A stretch of DNA of 64,000 bases from Guillardia theta CCMP2712 (taxonomy: Eukaryota > Protista > Cryptophyta), in assembly GCF_000315625.1 (NCBI RefSeq), contig NW_005434655.1, forward strand, positions 314,093-378,092, in the 5' to 3' direction. Of this stretch, positions 40,588 to 53,347 are shown in pieces. The notes beneath the pieces are model-generated. The model searched no databases. It was not told the origin of the DNA and saw only the letters and a program-made list of their open reading frames with translations. Both the position numbers and the translations under genes were made by a program. The first letter of the stretch is position 1; the number at the start of each line of letters is the position of its first letter.

Positions 40588-40884
40588 GCCACCGCGCGAG
40601 CTCACGGGGAGGAAGGGGATGAAGGGGAGGATGGGGAGGAAAGGGAGGAGAAGAAAGGGGAGGGGGGGGAGGGGAGGAAGGGAAGGGGAGGAAGGGGAGG
40701 GTGAGACGGGGAGGGCCAGTCGGGCAGTGCGAGCAGGGGGGTAAAAAGGGGAGGCGGGGGCGGCAGTTGGCAGTAAATTGAGGGACCGGAGCCTGGAGGG
40801 AGGGCATGGCGTTGCTACCGGCAGGAGGAGCGGGAGGGAGGGGAGGGGAGGAGCGAATGTGAGCCAAGGAGAGAGCTAGAGGTT

Positions 40885-43800
40885 ATGCCGGCCAATCCAC
40901 CCGACAAAGATGGAGGGAGGGAACGAGATTATCGTCTCAAAGCTGCGCTCCTCCGTCGAAACGCAGCAGCAGCGAAAGCCAAATACGGGGACAACATCCC
41001 AGTCGAGCATGAGGCGCCGCCTGAGGAGAAAAGGTTCTCAACCTTGGAGATCCTCTCTCGCAGGAAGTTCGTTGGGATTCCCATCCGAATGGTGCAGGCG
41101 CAGCTCGAGAAGAGGAGGAACGAGAGGCGAGCGGTGGAGGAGAAGGAGGCCAGGTAAGGCGAAGGAGGAGGAGCAAGCATGTGACGAGACGCTACCTCAG
41201 GCGGACATGGGAGCTGCTGGAGATGTTGGAACCTGGCGTCCGGGTCAAGCTCCGCAACGTCGCGCGGGTGGGGGGGAGGAACTACAACGGGCAGCTGGCG
41301 ACTGTGATCGCAGACTTTGGGGACATGTACAAGGTGAAGCTGGACAAGGTGGAACGAGATGGAGCGGTGAGGAAGGGGGAGGGAGCCGAGCTGAGAGTGG
41401 CAGTGAGCAACATGGAGATCTGGGACGAGGAGGTGGAGGAGGCGCTGGGGAAGGAGATGGACCAAGTTCGATCGCAGTACGCGGCTCAACGGAGAAGCAC
41501 AATGATGAGCATGCTGAGACTTGAGCCTCGGGTGATGGCGAGCGAGGAGGTTGCCGAGGAGCACGAGGAAGTGAAGGCAGAGACTGAGATCGCCTTCGAG
41601 GACCTCACGCACTCTAGCGATGAGAATGTCTTGCGAGACTTTCACCGGCAGAAGCAACTGAAAGTCAAGTTAGGGAAGTATGACAACCCGGAAGAAATGT
41701 TTGTCAAGATTCAGAGTGAATGGAAGGAGAGGGAGCTGGTGACAGCAAACTACAACAGATCCCTCAAAGACTGCGAAGCTGCCATCCGTATCACTTCATC
41801 TCAGCCTTCCCTTAAGCAGAAAGACGGCAAGTTCGGCCCAAACCCTGCCTTGCGGATAGCGCAGATTGCGCTGAAACAAGCGAGGACGCAAGTGAAGGAT
41901 TTGTTTTCACATCAGGTCCGTCACTTCAAGGTCAACAAGGTGGAGGGCACCATTGCCTTCCTCCAGCCCTCCGATCGACGGCAAGCGACCTCGAGCGACG
42001 TCTCGTATGTGAAGCAGACGCTGGTGGTGGAGGAAGGGGTCGGCAAGGGTCAGTTCGGAACCATCAGCGGTCACTGGGAGGAGGAGCACAAGGTAGAACT
42101 CTTCCGGTGGTACGCGGCGACATGCGACCAGACGTCCAGCTACCGGGTGCTCAACTCTCACTTCCTTCCCCTCCACATCCACGGGCGCGTGCAACGAGCC
42201 ACCAAGACCACAGTGATGCTGTCGGAGAACGCGGAGGAGGAGGACAACTGCTACCGGCACATGATCCTCCGCATCACCAAGGGCCCGGGGAAGTCGCAGC
42301 GAGCTAAGGTGCTGGAGTACAACGGGAAGACGCGGGTGGCGGTGATCGACGGGTGGGAGTGGGACAAGAGCTGGCTGGAGCAGGCGCTGGATCAGGACGA
42401 CAACGACCTTGAGACGAGTATCCCCACAGCAGAGAGCCTCTACAAGCTCCACTACTCCGACCGCGCCGGTAAGACCATCGAGCTCCCGCTCGAGGGCAGG
42501 TGCTCCAAGATTTCAGCTGAGGGAGAGCTGAGCCTCTCTGCGAGTGCTCCTGGTGAAGATTTCTTCTCCGGGAAGACGCTTGTGATCACGAATGGGATGG
42601 GAAAGGGACAGAGAGCGAAGATCGAGAGCTATGACGCTCTGCGCAAAAGTATGAAGATATCAGACTGGGTGCTGGCAGCCCCCGATCAAACTTCGAGATG
42701 TGCTGTGTACGAGTGCAAGCTCTTCGATGAGAAGCTGTACCAGCTGGAGAAGACGATTACCGAGAAAGAAGAGCAAGCAAAACAACGAGTAGAGCGAGAC
42801 GAGAGCGAGCGGCGGAAGCGAATCCGAGCTAAGATGTGGGCAGCAGTGAGAGTGTACAAGATGGCTGAGCAGCATGGGGAGAAGATCGGCAGGATGAGGA
42901 AACGCTCGAGCGTGTCGGCATGGAGCTACTACAGCGGGGAGAGCGCGTCGAACAAGGTCTACTCCCTCATGATCGGAGGTGAGAAGGTGCGCGTGAAGTG
43001 GAGCTTTCTCGTGCTCCAAGGTAAGCCGGTGGACCCGGCGATCCTGAAGACGATGGAAGTGAAGAGGAGCGTGAAGTTGGAGGAGGAGGAAGAGGAGAAG
43101 GAGGAGGACGGGGGAAAGTGTCTCATCATGTGGAAGGGAAGGATCCTTCAGATGCCGAGGTACTCAGCTGATACGATGACCCCCAACGGGAGCGTGAGGA
43201 CGCCGGTGAGGGTGGTGGACTACCTGTCGCAGCAGGTGGTCTACGAGGGAGCCTGCGACGGAGGCGATCTGTGGAAGTCGCTTAGCGAGGAGTCGCAAGA
43301 GATCGAGGGGGAGGAGGATGTGTTCGCGTGGAAGGGTCGGCGAGTGTTGCAGCCGCTCAAGACGGAGGATGAGCAGGGGAGGACAGTCTACACGATAGTG
43401 GACGATGATAACGGTCAGATCTTGTACAGCGGGATAGATGATGACTTGAGCAGCGAGGAAAGCGAGGAGGAGGAGGAGGAGGAAGTGGAGCAGGAGGAGG
43501 ATGGGGGAAAGAAGTTGTCACGCGATACCAAAGACTTCATGAAGAGGATCGCGGAGAGGGCAGGGCTAACTCAAGGCATCAGCATGGAGCGAGGGAAGAA
43601 GTTGGTGGGGCAGGTCGCCAGTGAGTCAGCAGAGCTGGAGGTGGAGCAGGGGGTGCAAGCAGGAGGGCCCGTGCACATGGTGGGAGGTCAAGTGTGGAAG
43701 GGAGTAGCGGACCCCGAGCTCTGGCAGTCGTTGGTAGAGGAAAGCAGACCATGCCCAGGAGACGCCAACAAGTTCCTGTGGCGGGGGATGGAGCTGATGC

Positions 43801-44491
43801 AGCCGCTGCGCGAAGGAGAAGCGCAGAAGGTCGTGAGCGACGAGGGTTTGCTCATCTTCCATGGAGAGAACCCCAACGAGGAGCTGGACTTCCCCTCGCG
43901 ACTGGAGGGGCAGAGAAGGAAGAAGAAGGAGGGAGGGGCGGAGGACGGGTCGTTGATCACTGACACGACAGACTTCGGAGTCTACGAGGGAGCAGCGGTG
44001 GCGGGGAGGTACAACGGGCAGGGCATGAGAACGGTGAGAGTATCCTGCTCATGTGACCTCTCTGACAGATGGAGCAGTGGAACAACGGGCAGGTCTACTC
44101 TGGTCAGTGGGTGGATCACCTGCGGGAGGGGAAGGGGACAGAGATCTTCCCCCCCTACGACAACAGGAGGAGGAGCGAGGAGGGGGAGCTGACTTTCCCG
44201 CACTACGAGGGTGACTTGCTCGACGGGCAGCGCCATGGCAAAGGCGTCTACGTGTTTGCCAACGGGGAGAGGTACCAGGGGGAGTTCCGTTACAACCTCT
44301 TCGACGGTAACGGCGTTTACTTCTGGACTGACGGCGAGTACCTCGACTGCCGATGGAAGAACGGATTTCCCATGGGCGACAACATTCGCAAGCGACGCAA
44401 GTTCTGGAGCATGAAGAAGAAGGACAAGAAGGAGGAGAAGAAGAAGGAGAAGGAGGAGGAGAAGTCGGCAGAGCAGGGCAAGACTACTTGA
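40885..44491 (+). CDS. Large repeat protein with KOW/SH3-like segment, two internal repeat families and C-terminal MORN repeats
   Basis: 1003-aa ORF plus short flanking exons. MORN motifs YEGAAVAGRYNGQG, YSGQWVDHLREGKG, YEGDLLDGQRHGKGVY.FANGERYQGEF and FDGNGVY.WTDG. Confidence 0.8.
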
Positions 44492-44499
44492 GTTCACCC

Positions 44500-47400
44500 T
44501 TATGAGCAGGAGGAGGAGGAGGAGGATCCCCAGTGAGCGCCCGAGCTCCGACGGCTCGATACCGAAACGAAACGTTGACATGAATTTCGAACGATCTCGC
44601 GCTCCTGCGGCTTCCAAACATAGCAGCTGCTTCCTCGTCCTCCTCGCCGTTGCTGAGCAGACGAACAACTCTGGAAGAGTCTGGTGAGAGGAGGCAGAAG
44701 AGGCAGAAGCATCAGGAAGGACCTGGAGGTCGATAGCCTTGCGGATCGAAGGATCGCCTTGACGTCGCCGTCCTTCCAGTAGACAGGACGATAATCCCTG
44801 CGAGTGCGGGAGAACAACTTGAGGAGCTGCGCTGATATACATGCAACCTTCACCTCCTCCATCGATGCCAGACGATGTTGTGGCATGGCGCGTAGAAACT
44901 TGCTCCGTGCGTCCACATCCTCACCGCCATGATCGTCTGGCAGCTCACACGTTCAGCTTCTCCTCTGCCTCGTGTCGCTCTCACTTCTTCGCCCCAGAAG
45001 AGACCTTCGAGCGTCGCATCATAGGTCACCTACTCAGAGTTCAGATCCTCCTCCCCCTTCCCCTCCCTCCCTTCCTCCTCTTCCTCTCATCACCAGACGA
45101 CGAAGTTGAGCTCGTGAGAAACTGAAGCCTGCCGCCTGAACGCGATCATCTTGTAGGAGAAGGACGAGAGCGACAAACCCAGAAAGAGGAGGGCGCGGAG
45201 AATCTCCCGGTGCTGCTCGTGGCGACAGGATGAGAGACGGAAAGAAAGCCTGGCAGGACTCACCATTCCTCAGTTGGAAGATCGACGGAAGAGATTCTCA
45301 GAATCTCGTCGCTCTTCAGCAGCAGTCACAAGGAGGAGAAGAAAGTCAGGGCAAGGGCAAAGAGAAAAGAGAAGCAAAGAGGAGGATAGAGCCAAGAGAA
45401 GAAGACAAGCCCTTCACCGGATCGAAGTGAGAGGCTCGCAGCTTCGATGGCCTGTTGCAACGCCTCACCTCAAGGTCAGACGGCATGTTTTCACTCACTG
45501 CTCATGTGCTTGAGATGGAGAGAGCGGATCGTAAGACGGGGGGTAGCAGGTGACAACACCGAGGGAGTCGTTGAGGGAGAGGAGGACGCTGATCAGCTTT
45601 TCATCCCACGCGCATGAGAACCTTGAGACTTGAGTCACACAAGGAGCTGCTCGCAAGAGAAGCAGACCTCATATGACTGTCGATCTGAAGCAAGTACGTC
45701 TCATCCCTCAGCCTGCTTTCCCAGCTCAACCCCAGCTGATGTCAACATGGTTCACATTGTCTGCGACAAGTTGCGAGCGACGACAGGCCCCTTGGAGGTC
45801 TTGGCTACAAGCGCAGAGCCTGAGAGAGGAGGACGAGCAATAAGCAGACTCACGATCTCTTGTGAGCATCCGCACGTTCTTGACCCATTGCGGGGCCTGA
45901 CAAAGAGGCGAGAAGTAAGAGGAGAGGGGAGGAGAGGAGGTCATGGGAGAGGAGACGAGAGGAGACGAGAGGAGACGAGAGAAGATAAGAGGAGGAGAGG
46001 AGGAGAGGAGGAGAGGAGGAGAAGATAAGAGGAGGAGAGGAGGAGAGGAGGGAAGCGAAAAGACCATGAGGGAGAGAAGCGAAAGGCAATGTCCATCGAT
46101 AGAAGAGTGATGCTGTAATATATTTTCAAGGCAGCAGTTCGCGTCTGCTCATGACCTGCATCACGATACCGACGAAGACTCGCGCAGGACTTCTGGCTGT
46201 CAGAAACAGGTCCAGCGTCGTGCGCGAACAATCCTGCATGGTCTTCACGAGGTAGATTCTGAAATCACATGCCACTGACCTCGTCACGGAAAGAAGCCAG
46301 AGAAACGAAAATGCTTGGTCTGGGCTGTGGACCTCTCCCCTCGTCTTATCCTCTCTCAGCTCGACTTGACAGGTTCATCACAACAAACCGTGAATTTGCT
46401 CCTCGTCGCCATCGCAGTTCTCCGTGCTGAATGAGTTCCCGTCCAACCGGAGGTTCCTGCTGTCCGAGAAACGTAGGTTTGACCCCGCATCATGCGCCAC
46501 GTTGTGCTCGAACTTGCACGATTCAACGAGAGAAGGAACGCTCGACGTCTCGTGCCTGTCGGAGTGTCTGAACATCATGGCACCCCCTTCATACCTCGCT
46601 TCGTTCCTCCAGAAGAGAGAGCGGGTCACGTGCGCAGCAGCATCTTTCACCCTTGTCATTTTGCGCCCATACCGAGGCCGCCAGTAGGTTCACCTTGGAT
46701 CGCCATGCCAGCTCCGTTGTCCGCCTGATTGCAGTGAAACGAAGACGAATGGACCACGAGGCGGTGAGGACGAGCTTGTTCCAAATATCCGTCATCCTCT
46801 GGTCGAGCATGACAACGTTCCTCTACGTTCACCGCCCCTCCACTATCCCTTGCCTACACAACTCAATCCTCGGCGCACCAAGAGCAGTGGCGATTGAGAT
46901 ACCTCGTTGCCATCGAAAGAGCAGTCTCGCAGCATCGCACGCTCACCCCCATCACAAGTCTTCAAGCAGATCGCTCCTCCGCGATGGGCTGCATTCATAT
47001 TGAACTTCGAACGTTCTACCGAGAGCTTTCAGAGCGAATCAGATAAAGAGAATCGGGCAGCAAGCAAGAGATACTTGTGCCGACACATTAGAGTCTAGAT
47101 GGATTGCTCCGCCGCAAGAATCCTATGTCGGCACACGAGTGAGAATCGATTCTATTAACGATCTTTGTACAACCTTGCCATGGTCAGAGTTGTTGTTGAA
47201 AACAGAGTCAGTGATGTTGGTCTTCGAAGACCCTGACAGGAAGATTGCTCCTCCTCCTGCATCAGCCGAGTTGTTGTAGAAGACCGACGATGCCACGTTC
47301 AAACTTCCGCTGAGAACTTTGATGGCACCGCCCGCGTCCTTTACATGGTTCCCAACGAACGAACAATTGAAGCAGTCCAACGTCCCCCAGATCAGGAGGA

Positions 47401-47716
47401 TGGGAGCATCGTTGCGGTATCCCTCGAGCATGCAGTCAAAAACTTCAAGATGCCCGCCATCGACATGTATCGGTCGCTCTCCTCGACCTCCTGCAAGCAG
47501 CACTCCTGACATCCGAACGATTCGCCCCTCGGGTATGACCACAGCCGCCATGCTCTCTCCGGAGGGGATCCTTCCGCCTGTCTCTGAGCTCATCGTCACG
47601 GTCTCCGACGGCTTCGTTTCCTGCAGCAGAGCTTCGAGCTCGTCTGTTCTCCTCCCCCGCCATGCTGCTGCTTCCCAGCAAACCCCCAGCAGCCCCACCA
47701 AGCTCATTAGCCGCAT
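44500..47716 (-). CDS. Secreted or membrane right-handed beta-helix (pectin-lyase-like, GGAI/FxxN repeat) protein; 3' end uncertain
   Basis: Signal peptide MRLMSLVGLLGVCWEAAA, then repeats FVGN..AGGAI, FYNNSA.AGGGAI, CGGAI, FNMNAAHRGGAI and FWRNEARYEGGAM. Confidence 0.65.
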
Positions 47717-48462
47717 TTCGTTCAGTGGCCCCTCATCCCCCAACTCACCGAGTCTTCGAGCACTCTGTCAGGCTGCGGCTCTGTCCATGGCATGCGAGCA
47801 CTGCTCCACAGATGGACTTCCACAAAACTTCGGACCCCAGAGCGGCAGGCAGTCGAGCCTGCCAGGGCTGGCAGTGCAGGGCTGGAACAGGGAGTGTTGC
47901 CTGTGCGACAGTGTCAGGGTCAAGCCTCCTCGACTCAGAGACGGTCAGCGGCCGCCGGCGAAGCCCTGTCACCCTGCCATCATCCGGATGACCGGCCGGG
48001 CCGCCGCAGGTCCGGGCCGGACGGACTGCCGAACGGTCGGAGCTGGTGGGTCGGAGCCTCAGTGGAGTCCGGCCGAGGTCCGGAGAGCCTGATGAGTGGG
48101 GATGAGGGGGTGAGAGGAGCGGCAGGTGGTCGTAGTATGAATATGAATCGACATGGATAGCAGAGGATGGAGAGGGAGGAGGAGGGGGAGCCATGAGAGG
48201 AAGAGGAGAGGAAGAGGAGATGATGGGCATGCAAACAGGGAGGAGGGAGAGATGGGCTATTCAATGAAGAGACGAGGAATCCGGGAAGTGAGGATACAAC
48301 GGGGAAAGGAATGTTTAGGCAGTGGATTAACTGAAAGAGTATATCTTCGCGCTCAAAATACGAGTGTGCGTTTCTTTCTGCTTGATCTGATCTGATTTGA
48401 TTTCGCTGAACTTGGATCCTATCCAGGGATTGAAGGGGGGGGATCTCTTCAATCATCAGAGG

Positions 48463-50314
48463 ATGGTTACTACCAAGTTTGCTCTGCTCTTGGCATTGCT
48501 TCTCGTCCTTATATGTTCCGCCGATGCGCAAGGCAGGAGGGTAAGTCGAGGCTACGGGTGTTCTTAAATGTGATCTAGAGTTGGCAGAAGAAGGCTGCGA
48601 CTGCCAAGGGCTCGTCATTCGAGGAAGCTCCGGCCTCGCGCTTGGAGGAATTCACGACCACCAAAAACGAAGCAGAGAAGCTGAAGGCCAAGTGGGCAGA
48701 GGAGAAGAAGCGAGATGTGAGAATGATGCTCCGACACGCACATGCTCATAGAATGCTAGGAAGAAGAAAACATCCGCAAGGCTGCAGAGCAGGAGGAGGC
48801 AAAGAGGGCCGAGGAAGAAGCGAAGGCACAGCAGGTGGGTCGAGCATGGTGGATGACTTGGAATTGATCGGATGCGGCAGGAGTACATGAAACAAGCTGA
48901 AGCAACGCGGGTGAACATGCCTCTCTTGTTCCTAGGACTTCCAGTGTTCGAGCCTGATGCTGCTGCTTCAGGAGGCGATTGCTCGACAGAAGGCAGAGGA
49001 AGCTGCTGCCCAGAAGGCTGCTGAACAAGAAAAAGTTCGTCAAGTAGCATGGACTTTCTGGATAGCGCACAGATTCTGATGTCCATGTAGGAAGAAGCAA
49101 AGAAGAAGGCTGAAGAGGAAGCACGCATGGCGGCCCAGGTGATGGGCTGCCTTGCTCCTGTGCCTCATGTACTGAATCGTTGACGAAGGCTCGATCGCAA
49201 GGATCTGGAGACGTTGAGACTGAAGACCAGGTGCGTGCACTCTCCTCTATGGTAAGATCCTTTATTGAACTTTCAACTAGCGGAATAGAAGGCTGGCTGC
49301 AGAACGCAGGAAAGCTGCGGAAGAGGAAGAGCGGCAGCGTCGGGAGAAGTTAGAGAGGTGGGTGTTGGCTTGTTGAAGGACCATCTCTGAATTGCTCCAG
49401 TCTGAAAGGCGACGGTCTCTACCTGCTCCACCATGTGTCTGCCCGCAAGGCTGTCTTGGAGGGGATGCACGCCCAAGAGTTCGGCGACCACAACACGTTC
49501 AAGGTCTACCACTACGGGGAGTTCATGGGAATCGCAACTGCTTCAACCATCTACAACGGTTCTCGAGCTCTTGGTGTTGTGCTCTGCTCCTCACCTGCTC
49601 CTACAGTGCCGCACCATCGCATCACGGAGCTCCACGGCGTGCATGTGCATGACGAGGATGGAATCTGCGGGGTCGACCCTCCTTGCCCTGGGCTGGAGTC
49701 AGCGACTCACGTCACCCCTTTCCCTGAGGGCGTTCACAAGGCCCCGCAGAAACGCATCGAGGTGAGCACAGCACTCCAGTCTCAGTTCCTCACCCTTCCT
49801 TCAGGAGGCCAGAGTCCAGATGCAGAAAAACGCACCTCCCCCTCCCCCTCCCCCTCCCCCTCCTCCTCCTCCTACCTCTCCCCCTCCCCCTCCCCCTCCC
49901 CCTCCCCCTCCCCCTGCTTCGCCTCCTCCCCCTCCTCCATCACGCGCATCTCCACCACCACCACCACCTCCTCCTCCTCCACCACCACCACCACCACCAT
50001 CTCCTCCTCCCAATCCTGCTGCAACACCACAGCAGGAGCCTTCTGAGCCCAGCTCTACCCAATCGTCGTCGCAAAAGTCATCCAAGGCAGATGAAGGTTC
50101 GAAAGTTTCTTCCAAGTCATCGAAATCCCAGACTTCGAGCGAAGTCCCAACCCAGGCGTCATCGACACCTGAAGTCAAACAAGACTCAAGCGGTGCGGCA
50201 GAGACTTCACAGATCCCATCTCCACAGGTGAGCGAGCGCTCAGTTAACCTCGCATTAAGTTTTGCTGACGAGAAGCAGGATGGTGCGACAGAGGAGCAAG
50301 AAATTCTCATGTAA
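48463..50314 (+). CDS. Secreted coiled-coil / polyproline protein (multi-exon)
   Basis: Signal peptide MVTTKFALLLALLLVLICSADA, then A/E/K coiled-coil exons spliced in frame to a His-rich segment, a long poly-Pro tract and a Ser-rich tail. Confidence 0.55.
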
Positions 50315-50650
50315 GAAGCCGCCGCGCGCCCGCCCGGCGCCGCTGTTTGCAAGTGAAAGTTGCGCGGCGGCTAGAGAGCACCTAGTTAACTTTAGTTACA
50401 AGAACCGTAACCTATATCGACCTCTATGGTTATCTGCTTTGAATCCAGATAGGGAAAGTTGATGTGACTGTTTGAGGTGAGTCCGGGACTCGGAGGCCCT
50501 CTCCGACCGTCGGACCGGGCCGGGCCCGGCGGGGTCCGCGGCGCCTGGTCCGATCCCAGGAACTCAATAATACCAGGCCCTGTGTCCGGCGAGCAAGGTC
50601 TCATAAAGGAGCAGGGAGCGAGTAGGATGAAGGAGCGAGAGGGAGCGAGA

Positions 50651-50719
50651 GATCGAGGAAGAGAAGGGTAAGGGAACGAGGGATCGAGGAAGAGAAGGGT
50701 AAGGGAACGAGGGATCGAG
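50651..50719. repeat. 31-bp direct tandem duplication upstream of the cyclophilin
   Basis: gatcgaggaagagaagggtaagggaacgagg occurs twice, followed by a partial third copy. Confidence 0.85.
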
Positions 50720-50802
50720 CACAGTCCAGAACTCCAAGTCCAGATGAAAGAGAGTTGGAATGGAGCATTGTTCTGATTCAAAACTGAAGTGAGAAGCAGA
50801 CC

Positions 50803-52594
50803 ATGAAGGGAGCAAACGCACGTCATGTCGTGCAAACTGTTGCTTGCTTCGTCTTCGTTCGCACCTGCTCGGCATTCTTGTTGCAACCAATCCGCTGTAA
50901 CTTACCTCGTGCATATGCGAGGAACTTTCAAACCTACAGCATGATCAACGAAGGATCTTCGTCAAGGTGAGATGGTGCCAGACTCTGAGTGAAACGTGAA
51001 AGTGAGGCAGGGAGGACTCGAGGAGAGATTTCCTTCTGCGTTCCCTAGCCTCGCTGTCCACCTTAGGTGTGTCGGACAGAGAGGAAGGAGCGAAGATCTG
51101 ATGCTATCTAGGTGTGGCGAGCAGAGAAGCGCAGGCAGGGGAGGGTATCAGCGTTGAGAGCAAGTTAGGGCTGGGGGGAAAGGTTGGAAAGTGACTGGAG
51201 GAAGGAAGCTGTGGATAATGTGTCGCAGACTTCGCAGATCAACGGGAAAGAAATCTCTCAAGTGTGTCGGGGCAGCAGAGGACAGAACTGTCAAGTTTGG
51301 GTGCCCCCGGAAATCGAATCTTCGCCAGTCCAAGGGGTGAGAAGCGAAGGCAGAGAGCCATGAAGCGAGCAGGCAGCAAGATGAATGAAGTATGGCATGC
51401 AGGGGGAGCGAGGAGAGATAACGAGCAAAGTGTACTTGGATGTAAGGATTATCCGAGACTACAGCAAAGAAGTTCTCGAGGACGGAGTGCTGAGGGGCAG
51501 GATCGTCTTCGGCTTGTGAGAGGGCGCGGGAGGTCCCGAAGGTCTGATGGTCGTGGAACAGGTACGGGAAGCAGTCGCCCATGACAGTCCAACACTTCTT
51601 GAAGTTCGTCACAGCCAGCTATGGTGAGGGCCCTGCCTACTCGTCGGGGATGTTTTACAGGTGGGAGAAGAAAGAGAGTTGGCGGTCAACTGAAGAGACT
51701 TGACAGACACGAGGCTGGGAGATGGATAGAAGGGGGAAGAATCAACGGACTTTCTACCACTCAGGTCATCCGTCCTGGTCCTGATCTCCGCTTCTTCACT
51801 TGCTCGTGCAGGTGGCAGGTCAGGAAACGTTCCAGTGGAATGGCCGAGTTGTGCCGCTAGTTCCGGTGAGCAGGAGGAGGAGGAGGAGGAGGAGGAACAC
51901 CTCACGCACTTATCCAGATCCTTGAAACGAACAGCTTGCGGCATGACCGCAAGCTTCTCTTGTCCCATCGGTAGCCCTTCCATGCTTGATCGTCAGACCC
52001 TCTGACCTCCCTCGCTCAGCAAGTTCAACCCTGGCCCTGAGTTTGACATCACCCTTTCTCCTACCCCCGAGCTGGACGCTTCCAACACGGTCAGCTGGGT
52101 ATGCAGCTCGGTGAGGGCTGGTCTGAGGGAGGCAGCAGGTGTTCGGAGAGGTCATAGCTGGGGAAGAGTACGTGCAGGAGATTGTCAAACTGCCGTTTGT
52201 CACTGGGTGAGAGGCGATAGCCCTCAGCTTTTGTTCAGCTTTCCTGCAGGAAATCTCTGGATCCTGAGGGGAGTCCAGCAGACTCCTGGTGGAAGGTGAT
52301 GCGATAGATGCTGGACCTTCAGCATTCGGGAGGGGAGATGCTGAACTGGTTGCGATAGGCGCAGCGAGAGTTCTTTAGGAATGTTGCGAAGGTGTCAGGA
52401 GACACAAGAGTCACCAATACGTACCATCCTCTCTGCTTCTCCCCCCCCCCCCCGCCAAACCCCCTCCCTCCCCCTGTCCCTCTCCCTGTCCCTGTCCCTG
52501 TCCCTCTCCTCTGGTCGATCGAGCTCATGTCTTGTGCAGATTTCCCGGCAAGCTTCTTCGTCGTGTCGAGATAACGAAGTGCGGTCTGGTGTGA
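50803..52594 (+). CDS. Plastid-targeted cyclophilin (CYP26-2/CYP28-like PPIase)
   Basis: Leader ...VRTCSA|FLLQ. Motifs RIVFGL-YGKQSPMTVQHF, LRHDR, PEFDITLSPTPELDASNT-VFGEVIAG, AKVSGDTR and RVEITKCG. Confidence 0.8.
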
Positions 52595-52602
52595 ACTCAC
52601 GC

Positions 52603-53347
52603 TCACCGCTCCTTCAAGGGTGCGCTTAAGACGAGGGCTGCAGACAGTCTGTTGTCACCTTGACGAGTGTCAGCGTATGACCAACAGCACCATGTCTTCA
52701 CCTTCAATGCTCAAAGTATTCACGTTGTTTCCCGCCTCCTCTCCAACAGAATGCTCTATGGCGGGTATGAAGCCATCAGTGAGCTTGTTCATCTCTTCTC
52801 CCGCAAATACTATCACTCTCGAGGAGTCTGTGTGCTTGTCCACATCAAACCATTCACCCTGCATTCCGTCCGATACTCGCCTCGCCCACAGCCTCTTAGA
52901 GCAGCGCTCTTCCGTCATGGTGAAGATCACTGTGACGAGACATCGGTCTCTGTGTGGTCCGAGAAATCCCCAGCGGTAGTTGAAGAGATTCATGAAGGAC
53001 GTGGTGAAGACGGACTGAGGAGACGTCAGGAGGGTGGAGGACTCCAAGTCAAAGTGCCTGCGAAGCTTTCCGAGGTCCACGGGATTCTTATCATCACTTG
53101 CATGCATGAGGTCGGTGCAGAGGCGATGGAAGCAGGGAGCGGCGATGCCAAGCAAAGAGTCGTAGCAGTCTCGATACTCCTTCCTCCACTCATTCAGTCC
53201 AGGTGGATGTTCGACAACAGGAGGGTAGCGGAACTTCTTCTCGAGGCTCCAGGTCGTCAGCCCCGTCTTCAACACCGTCTGAACTTCATGGCTGATGGGA
53301 ATGACGGCAAAACCCCTCGAGCGGATGGAAGACACGAGCTGATTCAT
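52603..53347 (-). CDS. 2-oxoglutarate/Fe(II)-dependent oxygenase
   Basis: LFNY...GPHRD..LVT (HxD), VFAGE, PAIEHSV (distal His). After one GT-AG intron, NRLSAAL (RxS). Confidence 0.8.
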
